From a bacterium (GTDB lineage Bacteria > Patescibacteriota > Microgenomatia > Daviesbacterales > UBA10151), in NCBI GenBank assembly GCA_021786315.1, contig JAJYNN010000002.1, positions 204,402 through 268,401 on the forward strand: DNA of 64,000 nt. Reading direction: 5' to 3'. The notes beneath the pieces were generated by a model. It was not told the DNA's origin and ran no database searches. It worked only from the letters and a program-made list of their open reading frames with translations. Numbering within the stretch: position 1 is the first letter of the stretch; every line of letters begins with the position of its first letter. This document shows positions 11,301 to 18,157 of this stretch, in pieces. A program made the translations under genes and the position numbers.

Positions 11301-12240
11301 GGTTTTGTCTGATAGCAGCCACTGCTGACATGCTGATTTTCTGATCCTGCTGATTCTTTGATTCTCCGATCTTCTGGCTTTCTGAAGCTTGCCCGAAGAT
11401 CTGTTTGGTGCCTTGGGGGTTGACTGAATATCCGGTAACCAGAAAGGCGGTAATTAGCAGGGTAATGACGGCTAACCCGGCAACGAAGAATCCAGCTTTC
11501 CTGATGTAGTTTGGAATGGTTTGTGATATTTGATAAGTGCCGATAGTGATAATTTCGGGCTCGGAAGAAGAGACTGGAGAGCTGAGCAAGGCGTCACCTT
11601 GCCTGACGTCAAGGTGACGCCTTGCTTCTTCCTCGGGCTTGTTTGAGCTCGTGAATGTTGCCAGATCAACCTCCTTATATACCCTTTCACCGTCCTGGTT
11701 GCGGGAAGCAACGAGCTTACCGGCCTGGTCCCAGCGCCTTAAGGTTTTAGTGGAAACCCCTAAGTTTTTGGCGGCTGCGGAGATAGAGAGGACTTTGTCT
11801 AGGGCAACGGTATGGTTAGTGCTTTTAGAGCCGAATTTGAAAGCTTCCAGGGCTTCTTTGGAATAGAGTCTGGTTCCACCCGGAGTTCTGGTTGGGGTGA
11901 TCTTGCCGGTTTTCTCCCAGCGGCGGAGGGTATCAATGGAAATCTTGAGGTATTTGGCAGCCTCGCCGATGTGCATCAGAGTATCGGAGGATCGATGTGT
12001 CGGTGTATCGGAATTTCGGTGGGTCAGAGTATCAGTGTTTTGGTGTTTTGGTGTTTCGGAAGATTGGGTTTTGATCCAAGAGGGGGTAGAGTCGGAAATC
12101 CAGGGGTCTTGCGGGGCCTCCATGGTTTTGACTTTCTTGGTGGCGGCTTTCTTAGAAGCTTGTTTTTTTGTTGCGGAAACCAGGGGTTTAAAGACCAAAG
12201 AAGTGCTATTTTTTTTGGCAGTTGCAGACGGTTTTTTCAT
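2365..12240 (-). CDS. Giant 3291-aa membrane-anchored fibre/adhesin-like protein: two cytoplasmic MerR/excisionase-type HTH (HTH_17-like) motifs, one TM helix, about 20 'GNVGIGTTxPxxxLxV' beta-helix/tail-fibre-like repeats, C-terminal globular domain plus SAQLAST heptad coiled coil.
   Basis: Uninterrupted ORF in the six-frame track. HTH-like segments: IGEAAKYLKISIDTLRRWEKTGKI and ISAAAKNLGVSTKTLRRWDQAGKL. Hydrophobic segment: FFVAGLAVITLLITAFLVTGY. The repeat motif recurs about 20 times; the C-terminus has the coiled coil QLASTSAQLASNSAQLASTSAQL. Confidence 0.85.
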   Translation of the reverse strand: MKKPSATAKKNSTSLVFKPLVSATKKQASKKAATKKVKTMEAPQDPWISDSTPSWIKTQSSETPKHQNTDTLTHRNSDTPTHRSSDTLMHIGEAAKYLKISIDTLRRWEKTGKITPTRTPGGTRLYSKEALEAFKFGSKSTNHTVALDKVLSISAAAKNLGVSTKTLRRWDQAGKLVASRNQDGERVYKEVDLATFTSSNKPEEEARRHLDVRQGDALLSSPVSSSEPEIITIGTYQISQTIPNYIRKAGFFVAGLAVITLLITAFLVTGYSVNPQGTKQIFGQASESQKIGESKNQQDQKISMSAVAAIRQNQQVLGASTSKPSFIASLLQPFDNLAQSIITNFAPAKAKDLGFHKNSDDQRFNLDETAIIEVDDKTIANRKELAQQIKQSDRKIDNVNANLTEISTSLPQGIAYVDFIGKTIIDSYGNVYPSNSGLAPPVKPTIGTTTNPYYGLYLHRFSVDNGGNLKVLGQTTLGESGDDYVKIVGRLSNDLIPEANGVESLGDGDHYWKNAYINNITGATAGYATLMVSSVLNLPDGTAASPALTFTNDPDSGLYRLSANTIALTTNGTAGNGITINSSGNLGIGTTSPAYTLDVSKNVSGSTYLARFNNTNPDGDLNILFDNQSTHATALVNAVDGTKEFAIYTQPSPAKTSFLTYPNGGPARFSMTIEEGGNVGIGTTSPIAPLHVESTYTNPSVANLYNIYGKVTVTSGYNGSPYPAAKGGYFESDFTGTNTQRTMMGSDSRVYNTSSGTITYTYGATGALYNQSTGTFTNGFGTFGLISNVTGATLTTGAGAYGSIINSGTTSTGYGVEGYLINSSGGTWTTASALYGNVSNSGASTITTLRGLDLSGWSNSGTVNTSYGIYMDNSIDVGATKYALYSSSASNSYLAGNVGIGTTSPDYLLTIQKDNQDMVSWRNSTYELGRLGYVGVDAVDAGWIGLYSSGNKTININASGSSYFNNGNVGIGTTSPTYKLDVAGTARLGATTVTGAISASTGSLDIGSAGVKFGTIYADTVNATSLVGTVVGGQTDSADWTINADNVSADTEPMNLIFERGTETPNAILGWDIGKQFTLNSGLSITNGIGSGNVGIGTTSPASLLDVMGTAKLTQLDFRNAGATLDTSGNNLRFVNTGIDDRAAIDITNGNMYVKGNLGIGVSTMPTQAGLAVMSGNVGIGTTAPSQALDVVGNQSLSGKLALGGSSIDSNTYSNLNLTIAPSAVTYGYLANLTTTTAKNIYPGTFIANNNSSSGAISWQPGIAVQSNNNDAGTITGALGGDIRVQNTSSGTIATAYGLYLPIFNTSNGNITTAYGIWSKIRSGSSASGTISSASLYYGTGEVGNASGTIGTLYGLNLSGWSNSGTVNTSYGIYMDNSIDVGATKYALYSSSASNSYFAGNIGVGTTSPSQLLNVYSPNQGAIASIETAQANEYAELYLVSNGDMWSISHESNNNRLGIYEGSDERLSIKDGGNVGIGTTNPGVKLEVASSLGTLTSPSSVTNFRVRNDGSTSNNAGISIVSGNAASSYLLMGDNENDDIGFIEYNNTNNWMAFTTNGSEKLRINSAGNVGIGTTSPSTLLDVNGTSTFRGASTYNGNLTLNYSGTAVVGSPSTAYNSYALNLSSNEWNSATGNETKTAVIQMRPRTVNVNPTVATLSFDVGSATNILNLQDNGNVGIGTTAPATLFDINSKFNVLSSGNVGINKVTPGGTAASAKLHIVGDNVTNNAVLIAQQGVGTTYTNYRNGLLVGMGGDTNNHDVAIWSDGSSLGFIQSVQLSNSFKPLALNPNGGTVGVGYANPGTTAALAVNGNLGIGTTAPNYLLSVSNGATDYFTVDSTSATYNVPTSFTSSGDVSMAYDLNFTNPTASNIKSQAPLSITAGETFNSSDLSLNTYNAGSVNITQNNQPTASGTAYALQVLPNLTSSTNSLTYTAQYGTYSVPTVNLSGTSGTVTSLYNNYQGLTASAGTVTNWYGYYVAAPTGAGTVTNKYAFVSESGTGNVGIGTTAPEDLLSIVQPSAAYLSEIVRIANNNGSGSEELRLGVDTTGLFSFIQSTHQGTGQTPLILNGAGGNVGIGTTNPAYKFSVVAGTNANVYIGQDTINRGLLFFTDAANNEQYADLRAYDFTFKTNNLNRMFISQSGNVGIGTTSPQYLLDIGSGGAGYEVHINDDLKVEDLSQAGRMYTPGSLIIGDATTYQGATQPTYGALIQGNVGIGTTSPQSSLQVYGSTEGKGITVGGISTWADADILRMYSDGDTTSYIKRVEDSGDANGGYGLIRFETNANNAAYNGLGGFNFGKTSGPDYLRITNMGNVGIGTTNPVSLTNIFGNSSSNTSLLYLDQNSTGDAAMNFRIVGTTGWRMGIDNSDSDKFKISSSTLSDDFGTDYLTITTSGNIGIGTTNPSQLLHLNNGNLYVNGGTIGLSTTPDSAKQLYVDHTYSNTSGTEYGIFSNTRADFGGTAATTSVFGTHGQVILGANQLADSTSGDVAGGLFQVTHLGQATQGAAKALEAVVRVGYPGAGNAANILTNGYGLYVQSPNVDSAHSSSLVNAYGLFLEAQKATGVSTGYGIYQAGASDISYFAGNVGIGTTAPGNFSGLSFTGPILDVNGPIQTRTGTLNIGGSTYRKAAISTPTADAADPYLSFYVVPSGSSSTANEDMRIDKTGNIYLANINSSLGSATLFAGNAGNVGIGTTSPVQKLEVNGDFRLWRDGLNNMGLQVGFNNTNNITNMSFRDRTDTNYQDVFMEGKSWTFRYNGNSTAGLSIASTGAVSMNLRTTANTYALCHATNGPAMEEITDCNGSATDLAENYGTTDSSIEAGDLVIATGQAKVVADPHEGKPTSKAYMAKSSQPYQSNILGIISTNPNQLYGDDIFDPSENPRPVSLAGRVSLKVSTENGPIQTGDYITSSSISGVGMKATRPGQVVGKALQDYSGTGIGKILVLVNVTFADPSDILANLTLDTDGSLIVPKLKAGTLEIDGPATVNGSLQVADSSLNSSDLTSSGTPAAASSATPNYIEVASTLKTFDNQLATQSAQLASVTAQADVLSAQVASTSAQIASTSAQLASNSAQLASTSAQLAKVQSDVDSLKLTPPDTLLATTSAQLVDLKVTSDATISGKLEAYDTEIQNSFKSFGETTLGNTTIAGDLTQDGTLSITSGNTINSLGTLYLQSSPLADTVDFFNGQVTIDKTGRIVATEVVAKTVTTEKLNIANPVSGAEHIGTATIPAGATEIPVNTTATTANSKVFLTATSSTGGQALIVSYQEAGLGFIVSLDHTYASDIKFNWWIVDSSQ
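3000..3125. repeat. Tandem 21-nt repeat (about 5-6 units; ggccagttgggcggaggtgga-like) encoding the SAQLAST heptad coiled coil of the giant protein.
   Basis: Read directly on the plus strand: gccagttgggcggaggtggaagccagttgggcggagttggaagccaactgggcagaagtggaggcaatttgggcggaagttgaagc. Confidence 0.8.
8020..8200. repeat. Intragenic near-identical duplication, copy 1 of 2 (about 160-180 nt; encodes LSGWSNSGTVNTSYGIYMDNSIDVGATKYALYSSSASNSY.AGN.G.GTTSP).
   Basis: The same long nucleotide string (…ggaggcggaggaggagtagagggcatatttggtagccccgacatcaatggaatt.tccat.tagataccgta.gaggtattgactgtgccgga…) recurs at 9535-9700. Confidence 0.8.
9535..9700. repeat. Intragenic near-identical duplication, copy 2 of 2.
   Basis: See copy 1; protein segments ...LSGWSNSGTVNTSYGIYMDNSIDVGATKYALYSSSASNSY... 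occur twice in the giant ORF. Confidence 0.8.
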
Positions 12241-12254
12241 GAAACTTTACCCAG

Positions 12255-12300
12255 ATTTTTTTTGCCTAGATTTGGGTAATCTAGTAGGTTCCGTCTGCCT
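12255..12300. promoter_or_regulatory. Candidate operator/promoter-proximal repeats immediately upstream of the giant gene start: direct repeats 'gcctagattt' x2 and an inverted repeat ctagat...atctag.
   Basis: Sequence ttttgcctagatttgggtaatctagtaggttccgtctgcctagatttatc lies directly 5' of the ATG at 12240 on the minus strand. Confidence 0.3.
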
Positions 12301-12442
12301 AGATTTATCTTAGACAATTATTATTATTGATGTCAATATATTATTTAGACAAGATGGATCTATTTTGTAAGTATTTTGTCCAACTACTTGCTAGGGTTTG
12401 ATATCACTTAAAAATACCCCAAAAGGTGGTGCTTTTTCTTAA

Positions 12443-12478
12443 AAGGCCACTCCCTCGCCGGATGGCAGGGGTGGCCTT
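12443..12478. repeat. Type-2 palindromic hairpin (aaggccac-N-gtggcctt), with covarying arms relative to the other copies.
   Basis: aaggccactccctcgccggatggcaggggtggcctt; the inner part cctcgccggatggcagg is shared with the 33207 copy. Confidence 0.6.
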
Positions 12479-12489
12479 ATGAAATTCTC

Positions 12490-12526
12490 AAGGTGACGCC
12501 TGCCTTGCGGACGAGGCGTCACCTTT
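12490..12526. repeat. Type-1 palindromic element (caaggtgacgcc...ggcgtcacctt).
   Basis: aaggtgacgcctgccttgcggacgaggcgtcacctt. Confidence 0.8.
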
Positions 12527-12887
12527 TAAGGGCTTAACGGCCTTTGATTCTGAGCGAGTAAAGATAAAGCTTCTAAAAGTTGGCAATGGGAAAGGTGGTA
12601 AAAAAAGGGATAAAAAAGTCCTAAGGCAGGAGTATCCGTCTGCTGCTACTCCTACCCTAGGACCAACTAACTGTTCTTAGTGTAAAGAAAAGTGAAAACC
12701 ATGTCAAGAGGTCGTTCTGTATCAAACTCCCTCAAAACTTTTACCGCATGACCATAAATAGCCTCAAAGTTACCCAAAGCTAACAAAGTCACTTGATCAT
12801 AATATATTTACACTATATCAAAATAGGTAAACTCTGAACCCATTTGATCTTGTGAAAACATGTAGTGAAAACTATCTATCCTTGCAA

Positions 12888-13115
12888 AAGGGCACTCCTT
12901 GGCGCAAGTTAAGGGGTGCCCTTGAGAATTGGAAAGCTAAGAATTTGTTTTGCGTCTTTTTTAGAAAAAGACGCCCAAAAATCGCCCACGGGAACGGTCC
13001 CTAAATTCTACGGCTTGCTGGTCGGGGGAAAGCTGCCCCCTCGATCACGGCTTTGCCGGATCGGCATCCCCCTGACAGCTTCGCCTAGAATTCTTAACGG
13101 GCTTACGTTCCAAGT
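12888..13115 (+). ncRNA. Candidate structured RNA/MITE element, copy A: 5' palindromic hairpin, 'gagaattggaaagctaag', stem-loops with covariation, 3' motif ttaacgggcttacgttcca.
   Basis: About 150 nt are virtually identical to copy B (22676-22980). Motifs are conserved, with compensatory stem changes, relative to copies C (33207-33438) and D (29191-29428). Confidence 0.4.
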
Positions 13116-13278
13116 GGGCCAGGAAGAAAGAGGGAAGAAGAGGTTGTAGGTTTATTCCACTTGCACTAGGTATGGTCAAAGCCGTAAAATTGAGACTAAC
13201 AATGAAGAAGTATCAACCAAACCAGATAAGGATCTACTCGCAAGGCTCGCAGACCCTTGTCTTTGAGGGAGGAGTTAA

Positions 13279-15666
13279 ATGAGTATTGGTAAATATATTC
13301 CCTCAAAGATTGAGCCTAAGTGGCAAAAGAGGTGGGAGGAGAGCAACCTTTATTCCACCGACTTGTCCAAGCCAAACAAGTATTACGTTTTAGCTGAGTT
13401 TACCTACCCTTCCGGCGACCTCCATATGGGCCATTGGTTTACCTTTTCCGGGGCAGATATCTTTGCCCGCTATAAGAGGCTAAACAGCTTCAATGTCTTT
13501 TTCCCTAATGGTTTTGATGCTTTTGGCTTGCCGGCCGAAAACGCTGCCATCAAGCGGGGAATTCACCCACAAGATTGGACTTTAGCAAACATCGAACGGA
13601 TGAAACAGCAGTTTGCCACCATGGGTGCTAGTTTTAGCTTTGATCACGAGGTTATCACCTGCTTACCGGAATATTACAAGTGGAACCAGTGGATTTTTTT
13701 GCAGATGCTCAAGCGGGGTTTGGCCTACAAAGGCAAATATTTATCAAACTGGTGCAGTAAGTGCCAGACTGTGTTGGCTAATGAAGCTGTGGAAGCGGGG
13801 GCCTGCTGGAGATGCGGGACGGAAGTTGTGCAAAAGGAGATTGACCAGTGGTTTTTCAAAATCACCGAGTATGCCGACAGGCTCATTTGGCCGGAAAAGC
13901 CGGATGTTGATTGGCCTAAATCATTGCGTGACGCCCAGAACATTTGGATTGGCAGATCCGCCGGGGCGTTAGTAAAGTTTGATGGGCTGGAAGTGTTTAC
14001 GACGCGTCCGGACACGCTTTTCGGGGCTACCTTTGTTGTTGTCAGTCCCGAACACCCGCTGCTAAAACAACTAACTGAGGCTAATGAGCAACAAAAAGTT
14101 GAGGACTATGTAGCGGCCGCCAAAAAGAAAAGTGAATTGGAGAGAAAAGAGAACAAAGACAAGTCGGGGGTATTTACCGGCTCCTTTGTTAAAAACCCAA
14201 TGACCGGAGAAGAGATTCCGGTTTGGGTGGCTGACTATGTTTTACCGGGGTATGGGACGGGAGCCATTATGGCTGTTCCAGCTCACGACCAACGGGACTT
14301 TGAGTTTGCCAAAAAGTTTGGTTTGGAGATAAAACAAGTCATTAAGGCTGGGGGTCCTGCCGCTCTAACCCAAGCTTATGAAGGAGACGGGGTGCTAATT
14401 AATAGTGGGGAGTACGATGGGTTAAGTATCGAAGAAGCGAAGAAAGTTATAACAGACTTTCTGGCAAGTAAGCGCATTGGTTCGCAGATGATTTATTACC
14501 ACTTGCACGATTGGTCAATTTCCCGGCAAAGGTATTGGGGAACTCCGATCCCGGTTATTTACTGTGAGAAGTGCGGCACTGTGCCTGTTCCGGAAGAGGA
14601 CCTGCCGGTCAAGTTGCCTTATGACGTTGATTATGCGCCTTCCGGCAAGCCGCCTTTGGCCACCAACGAAGATTGGCTGAATGTGAAGTGCCCCAAGTGT
14701 GGAGGGGAAGCCAAAAGGGATGCGGAAACTATGGATACTTTTGTGGACTCTTCCTGGTACTTCTTCCGCTACCTGGATCCTAAGTTCGATATCGCCCCTT
14801 TTGATAAAGAGCTGGCTCAAAAAATTATGCCGGTTGATATTTACTTTGGAGGAGCGGAACACAATTTAGGCCACACCCTCTATTCCCGGTTCTTTACCAA
14901 AATTTTCCATGACTTAGGCTTAACTGATATAGAAGAATATGCTTTGAGACGGATCAATCACGGAATTGTCTTGGGTCCGGATGGCCAGAAGATGAGCAAG
15001 TCCCGGGGGAATGTAGTCAATCCGGATGAAGAGGTGAAAAAATACGGTGCTGACGCAGTGAGGATCCATATGGCCTTCTTTATGCCCTATGAAGGTTCAT
15101 CAGGGCCGTGGATTTCCGAGCGGGTTTGGGGACCATACAGGTTTCTGGAACGGGTTTGGAACTTATTTGATAAGGTAACTGGAGACCAACCGCAAGCGAA
15201 AGACCTCTTAATGATGAATCGGGCAATTAAGAAAGTTGGCCAGGATATTGAAGGGATCAGGTTTAACACCGCTGTGGCGGCCTTAATGGAGTGGTTAAAT
15301 TACTTAAGTGGCAGGGAAAAGGTTAGCCGGGAAGAGTACAAGACTTTCCTGCAGCTTTTGGCACCTTTTGCCCCGCATATGACAGAAGAATTGTGGGAGA
15401 TGATGGGGGAGAAATACTCCATTCACGAGCAACCATGGCCAAAATTTGAGGAGAAGCACTTGGAAGAAGAGGAAGCAACCGTTGCGGTTTCAGTTAACGG
15501 CAAGGTCCGGGACCAGCTGGTGATTGGAAAAGATATAGCAAGTGATAGTAAGGTAGTAGAAAATAAGGCCAAAGAGAGCCAAAAAGTGCAAAAGTTTCTG
15601 GAGGGGAAAGAGATTAAGAAAGTCGTGTATATACCTGTGAAAATAATCAACTTCGTTACGGACTAA
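13279..15666 (+). CDS. leuS: Leucyl-tRNA synthetase (795 aa).
   Basis: Class I aaRS with HMGH motif (GDLHMGHWF) and KMSKS motif (QKMSKSRGN). A GGGAGGAG Shine-Dalgarno sequence sits 7 nt upstream of the ATG. Confidence 0.9.
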   Translation: MSIGKYIPSKIEPKWQKRWEESNLYSTDLSKPNKYYVLAEFTYPSGDLHMGHWFTFSGADIFARYKRLNSFNVFFPNGFDAFGLPAENAAIKRGIHPQDWTLANIERMKQQFATMGASFSFDHEVITCLPEYYKWNQWIFLQMLKRGLAYKGKYLSNWCSKCQTVLANEAVEAGACWRCGTEVVQKEIDQWFFKITEYADRLIWPEKPDVDWPKSLRDAQNIWIGRSAGALVKFDGLEVFTTRPDTLFGATFVVVSPEHPLLKQLTEANEQQKVEDYVAAAKKKSELERKENKDKSGVFTGSFVKNPMTGEEIPVWVADYVLPGYGTGAIMAVPAHDQRDFEFAKKFGLEIKQVIKAGGPAALTQAYEGDGVLINSGEYDGLSIEEAKKVITDFLASKRIGSQMIYYHLHDWSISRQRYWGTPIPVIYCEKCGTVPVPEEDLPVKLPYDVDYAPSGKPPLATNEDWLNVKCPKCGGEAKRDAETMDTFVDSSWYFFRYLDPKFDIAPFDKELAQKIMPVDIYFGGAEHNLGHTLYSRFFTKIFHDLGLTDIEEYALRRINHGIVLGPDGQKMSKSRGNVVNPDEEVKKYGADAVRIHMAFFMPYEGSSGPWISERVWGPYRFLERVWNLFDKVTGDQPQAKDLLMMNRAIKKVGQDIEGIRFNTAVAALMEWLNYLSGREKVSREEYKTFLQLLAPFAPHMTEELWEMMGEKYSIHEQPWPKFEEKHLEEEEATVAVSVNGKVRDQLVIGKDIASDSKVVENKAKESQKVQKFLEGKEIKKVVYIPVKIINFVTD

Positions 15667-15748
15667 AAAAGGTTTCTACTTAGCAATCCGCTATTTTTTC
15701 TGCTAGGCTATTAAAGTCCCAGATTAGGTTGTCGCAGAGCACTTTTAT

Positions 15749-15784
15749 AAGGTGACGCCTTGATGTACATCAAGGCGTCACCTT
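15749..15784. repeat. Type-1 palindromic element (perfect 36-nt palindrome).
   Basis: aaggtgacgccttgatgtacatcaaggcgtcacctt, flanked by ttata...gagaac. Confidence 0.85.
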
Positions 15785-15799
15785 GAGAACTCTTCTTGC

Positions 15800-16252
15800 T
15801 TGACGGCCAACCTTCTTCTGACTTACCATGAACCCATGGTGCGTGATGACAAGTGGCTTCTTACCCGTTTAGACTTTATCTGGAATAACCATTTCTCCGA
15901 TGTGCCGCAAATCAATCCTGTTTTTATCCGTTTTGGCAGGTTTGCCCGGCTCCGTTTTGGTTCCATCAGGATGGACCCCCGGTCCAAAAAGACCTTCATT
16001 ACCATTACCGGAATGTTTAAGGACCCGAAAATTTCGGAAGAGATAGTGGACCACACGATTGCCCATGAACTTTGCCACTATACCCATGGCTTTTCCTCGC
16101 CCCACAAAAGGCTGCACAAATTTCCGCACGAGGGGGGAATCATTAAGGCTGAACTACAAAATAGGGGTTTGATATATTTGTATAAGGCATACAGGGAATG
16201 GATTAAGGACTACAGGGAAGAATTAAGGGAATATTACCGGAGGAGAAGATAA
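15800..16252 (+). CDS. DUF45/YgjP-like (M48-family-like) metal-dependent hydrolase; HExxH.
   Basis: The motif IAHELCHYTHGFSSP follows the HEL(C)H consensus of DUF45 proteins. Confidence 0.5.
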   Translation: MTANLLLTYHEPMVRDDKWLLTRLDFIWNNHFSDVPQINPVFIRFGRFARLRFGSIRMDPRSKKTFITITGMFKDPKISEEIVDHTIAHELCHYTHGFSSPHKRLHKFPHEGGIIKAELQNRGLIYLYKAYREWIKDYREELREYYRRRR

Positions 16253-16268
16253 TTGTTGCCTGCTTTAT

Positions 16269-16283
16269 AAGGTGACGCCTTGA
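16269..16283. repeat. Solo half-unit of the type-1 element (ttataaGGTGACGCCTTGAgaac), a single arm with no partner.
   Basis: Its flanks (ttataa...gagaac) are the same as those of the full hairpin at 15749; it sits just 5' of comEA. Confidence 0.7.
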
Positions 16284-16903
16284 GAACTACTATTATGGAA
16301 GACCAAAGCGGAGTGGATTCGTTTATTAATAAATACAAACTACCCTTAGGCATGGGGTTGGTGGGGGTGGTTTTGCTCATTGGCGGGATAGTTTCCTCCG
16401 GGATTATCCCCAAGACCTTTGTAAAGTCCACAAAAAGTTCGGCTGCCGCCACTTCCAATTACTCCAAACAGGAAACGGGAACAAAAGTGGATGTTTCGGG
16501 AGCGGTAGCTAAACCCGGAGTGTATACCTTAAACGGCAACTCCCGGGTGGAGGATGCCCTAAAAGCGGCGGGCGGGGTAACTGAATCGGCTGACCCGGTA
16601 TATTTATCCAAAACTATCAATCTTGCACAAAAGGTATCAGACGGGATGAAGATCTATATCCCCAGGGTTAACGAAGCCGGGCCGTCAGCGGCAGTAGCCG
16701 GGGCTTCGGTGGTGCCGGGGAAGCTGGTGGATGTGAACACCGCAACTTTAGATGATTTGGATAAGCTTCCCGGAGTAGGGCCAACGACAGCCCAAAAAAT
16801 TATTGATAACCGGCCGTATGGGGGAATAGAGGAGCTGCTAACCAAAAAGGCCGTTTCCAGAACGGTTTACGAGAAGATCAAAGAACAAATCTCCACTTGG
16901 TAA
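16280..16903 (+). CDS. comEA: Competence protein ComEA (TM anchor, SLBB domain, C-terminal helix-hairpin-helix DNA-binding domain); real start probably the ATG at 16295.
   Basis: VNTATLDDLDKLPGVGPTTAQKIIDNRPYGGIEEL is a canonical ComEA HhH segment. Confidence 0.8.
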   Translation: MRTTIMEDQSGVDSFINKYKLPLGMGLVGVVLLIGGIVSSGIIPKTFVKSTKSSAAATSNYSKQETGTKVDVSGAVAKPGVYTLNGNSRVEDALKAAGGVTESADPVYLSKTINLAQKVSDGMKIYIPRVNEAGPSAAVAGASVVPGKLVDVNTATLDDLDKLPGVGPTTAQKIIDNRPYGGIEELLTKKAVSRTVYEKIKEQISTW

Positions 16904-17037
16904 GAATAATTCTCAATTTACAATTTTCAGTTTTCAAATAATTTTCAAAATCTAAATTTCCAAACAGCTTGAAAATTCGGTCATTGAAAATTCATTCTAA
17001 ATTGGTACTTGGTAATTAAAAATTTTATACTAGATAT

Positions 17038-18042
17038 GTGGCTAAGCTTTTAGGGGTAGGTGCTGCTCTTTGGCTGGTTGTTTTTGCCTTCAGGGTAATC
17101 TTGATGGGTGGGATTGATCCCACTTATCGTGATCAGGAGGTAAAAATGCTTTCACCTCTCCGCCAGCAATTGGAGGAAGTGATTGATAAAACGCTTCCTT
17201 ACCCTCAATCAGCCCTTTTGTCCGGAATCCTTTTGGGAAGCCAAAACAATCTTCCTTTTAAGCTCAAAAATGACCTGAAAACTACCTCAACTATCCATAT
17301 GGTGGTCGTTTCCGGCCAGAATTTATCCATGGTGGCGGGGTTTGTGATGAGCCTGGTTTATTTTCTGGGCAGGCGGAAAACGATTGTTTTAACCCTATTG
17401 GCGGTAGCTTTTTATAGCCTATTAACCGGTTTCCAGGTTCCGGTGATCCGGGCGGGGATTATGGTCTTTTTGGCTTACCTGGCCCAGCTTTTAGGCAGGG
17501 AACGTCAGGGCCCTTGGGTATTGTTCCTGACGGCGGGTTTGATGCTCCTTTATAACCCCAACTGGCTGCTTTCTATTTCCTTTCAGCTGTCGTTTTTGGC
17601 CACTTTTGGGGTAATCGTGGTGGCGCCGGTGATTGCCAGTAGGCTGAAAAAGGTGCCAAAAGTTTTACGGGAGGATTTAGGGGTTACATTGTCGGCCCAG
17701 TTTTTGGTTTTGCCGGTAATTGCCTATAACTTCGGACAGATATCCTTGATTGGTATATTAGTTAACAGTTTGATACTGTGGAGTATACCTCTGGTGATGA
17801 TCTTTGGGTTCATTGGTTTGGGGTTGGGGATGGTCAATACATTCTTGGGGCAGGTGGCGGGACTGGTTCCGGGGATACTTTTGACCTACTTTATCGATAT
17901 GGTCCAATTTTTTGCCAAAATTCCGGGATCAAGCCTTGTAATAGGGGAAACAGGAATAATTTTATGGTTGGGCTATTATTTAATAATTGGAGCTTTAATT
18001 TGGATTCTCAGAGTGAAGGGAGATGGAGCTCAAGAATTTTAA
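17038..18042 (+). CDS. comEC: ComEC/Rec2-family membrane channel domain only; it lacks the metallo-beta-lactamase domain, as is typical of CPR.
   Basis: Polytopic membrane protein with the ComEC 'competence' domain signature (TIHMVVVSGQNLSMV, resembling HLLAISGLH). Confidence 0.65.
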   Translation: MAKLLGVGAALWLVVFAFRVILMGGIDPTYRDQEVKMLSPLRQQLEEVIDKTLPYPQSALLSGILLGSQNNLPFKLKNDLKTTSTIHMVVVSGQNLSMVAGFVMSLVYFLGRRKTIVLTLLAVAFYSLLTGFQVPVIRAGIMVFLAYLAQLLGRERQGPWVLFLTAGLMLLYNPNWLLSISFQLSFLATFGVIVVAPVIASRLKKVPKVLREDLGVTLSAQFLVLPVIAYNFGQISLIGILVNSLILWSIPLVMIFGFIGLGLGMVNTFLGQVAGLVPGILLTYFIDMVQFFAKIPGSSLVIGETGIILWLGYYLIIGALIWILRVKGDGAQEF

Positions 18043-18157
18043 ATTTACAATTTTAAGTTTTTAAATAATTTTCAATGATAAAATTTTTAAATTTAAGACA
18101 TTCTAATTCGATTTAAAATTTGAGCTTTAGAATTTAAAATTATGGTATGATTATTCT

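Noticed and set aside
2486-11866. Numerous plus-strand ORFs (for example 2486-2881, 2891-3202, 4727-4933, 7682-7930, 8912-9193) antisense to the giant gene.
   Set aside because: They lie entirely inside a long, well-supported minus-strand ORF with coherent domain structure. Low-complexity antisense frames of repeat DNA are expected artefacts.
2950-12240. Possible CRISPR array, suggested by the regularly spaced 24-nt repeats in 4100-10500 and the 21-nt tandem repeat at 3000-3125.
   Set aside because: The repeats are in frame inside a continuous ORF and encode amino-acid repeats (GNVGIGTT; SAQLAST). Spacers are not unique-length non-coding units, and there are no cas genes.
11812-12313. Plus-strand ORFs 11812-12279 and 11897-12313 overlapping the giant gene start.
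   Set aside because: Antisense to the HTH-encoding N-terminus. Cys/Gly/Phe-rich nonsense composition.
12916-13149. ORF-track proteins 12916-13149 (77 aa) and 22746-23021 (91 aa) that share an identical segment (KDAQKSPTGTVPKFYGLLVGGKLPPRSRLCRIGIPLTASPRILNGL).
   Set aside because: The identity is at the nucleotide level across the whole repeated element, including third positions, and extends beyond the ORFs. The ORF ends differ where the elements differ. Copies C and D conserve structure, not coding frame. Treated as a structured repeat, not CDS.
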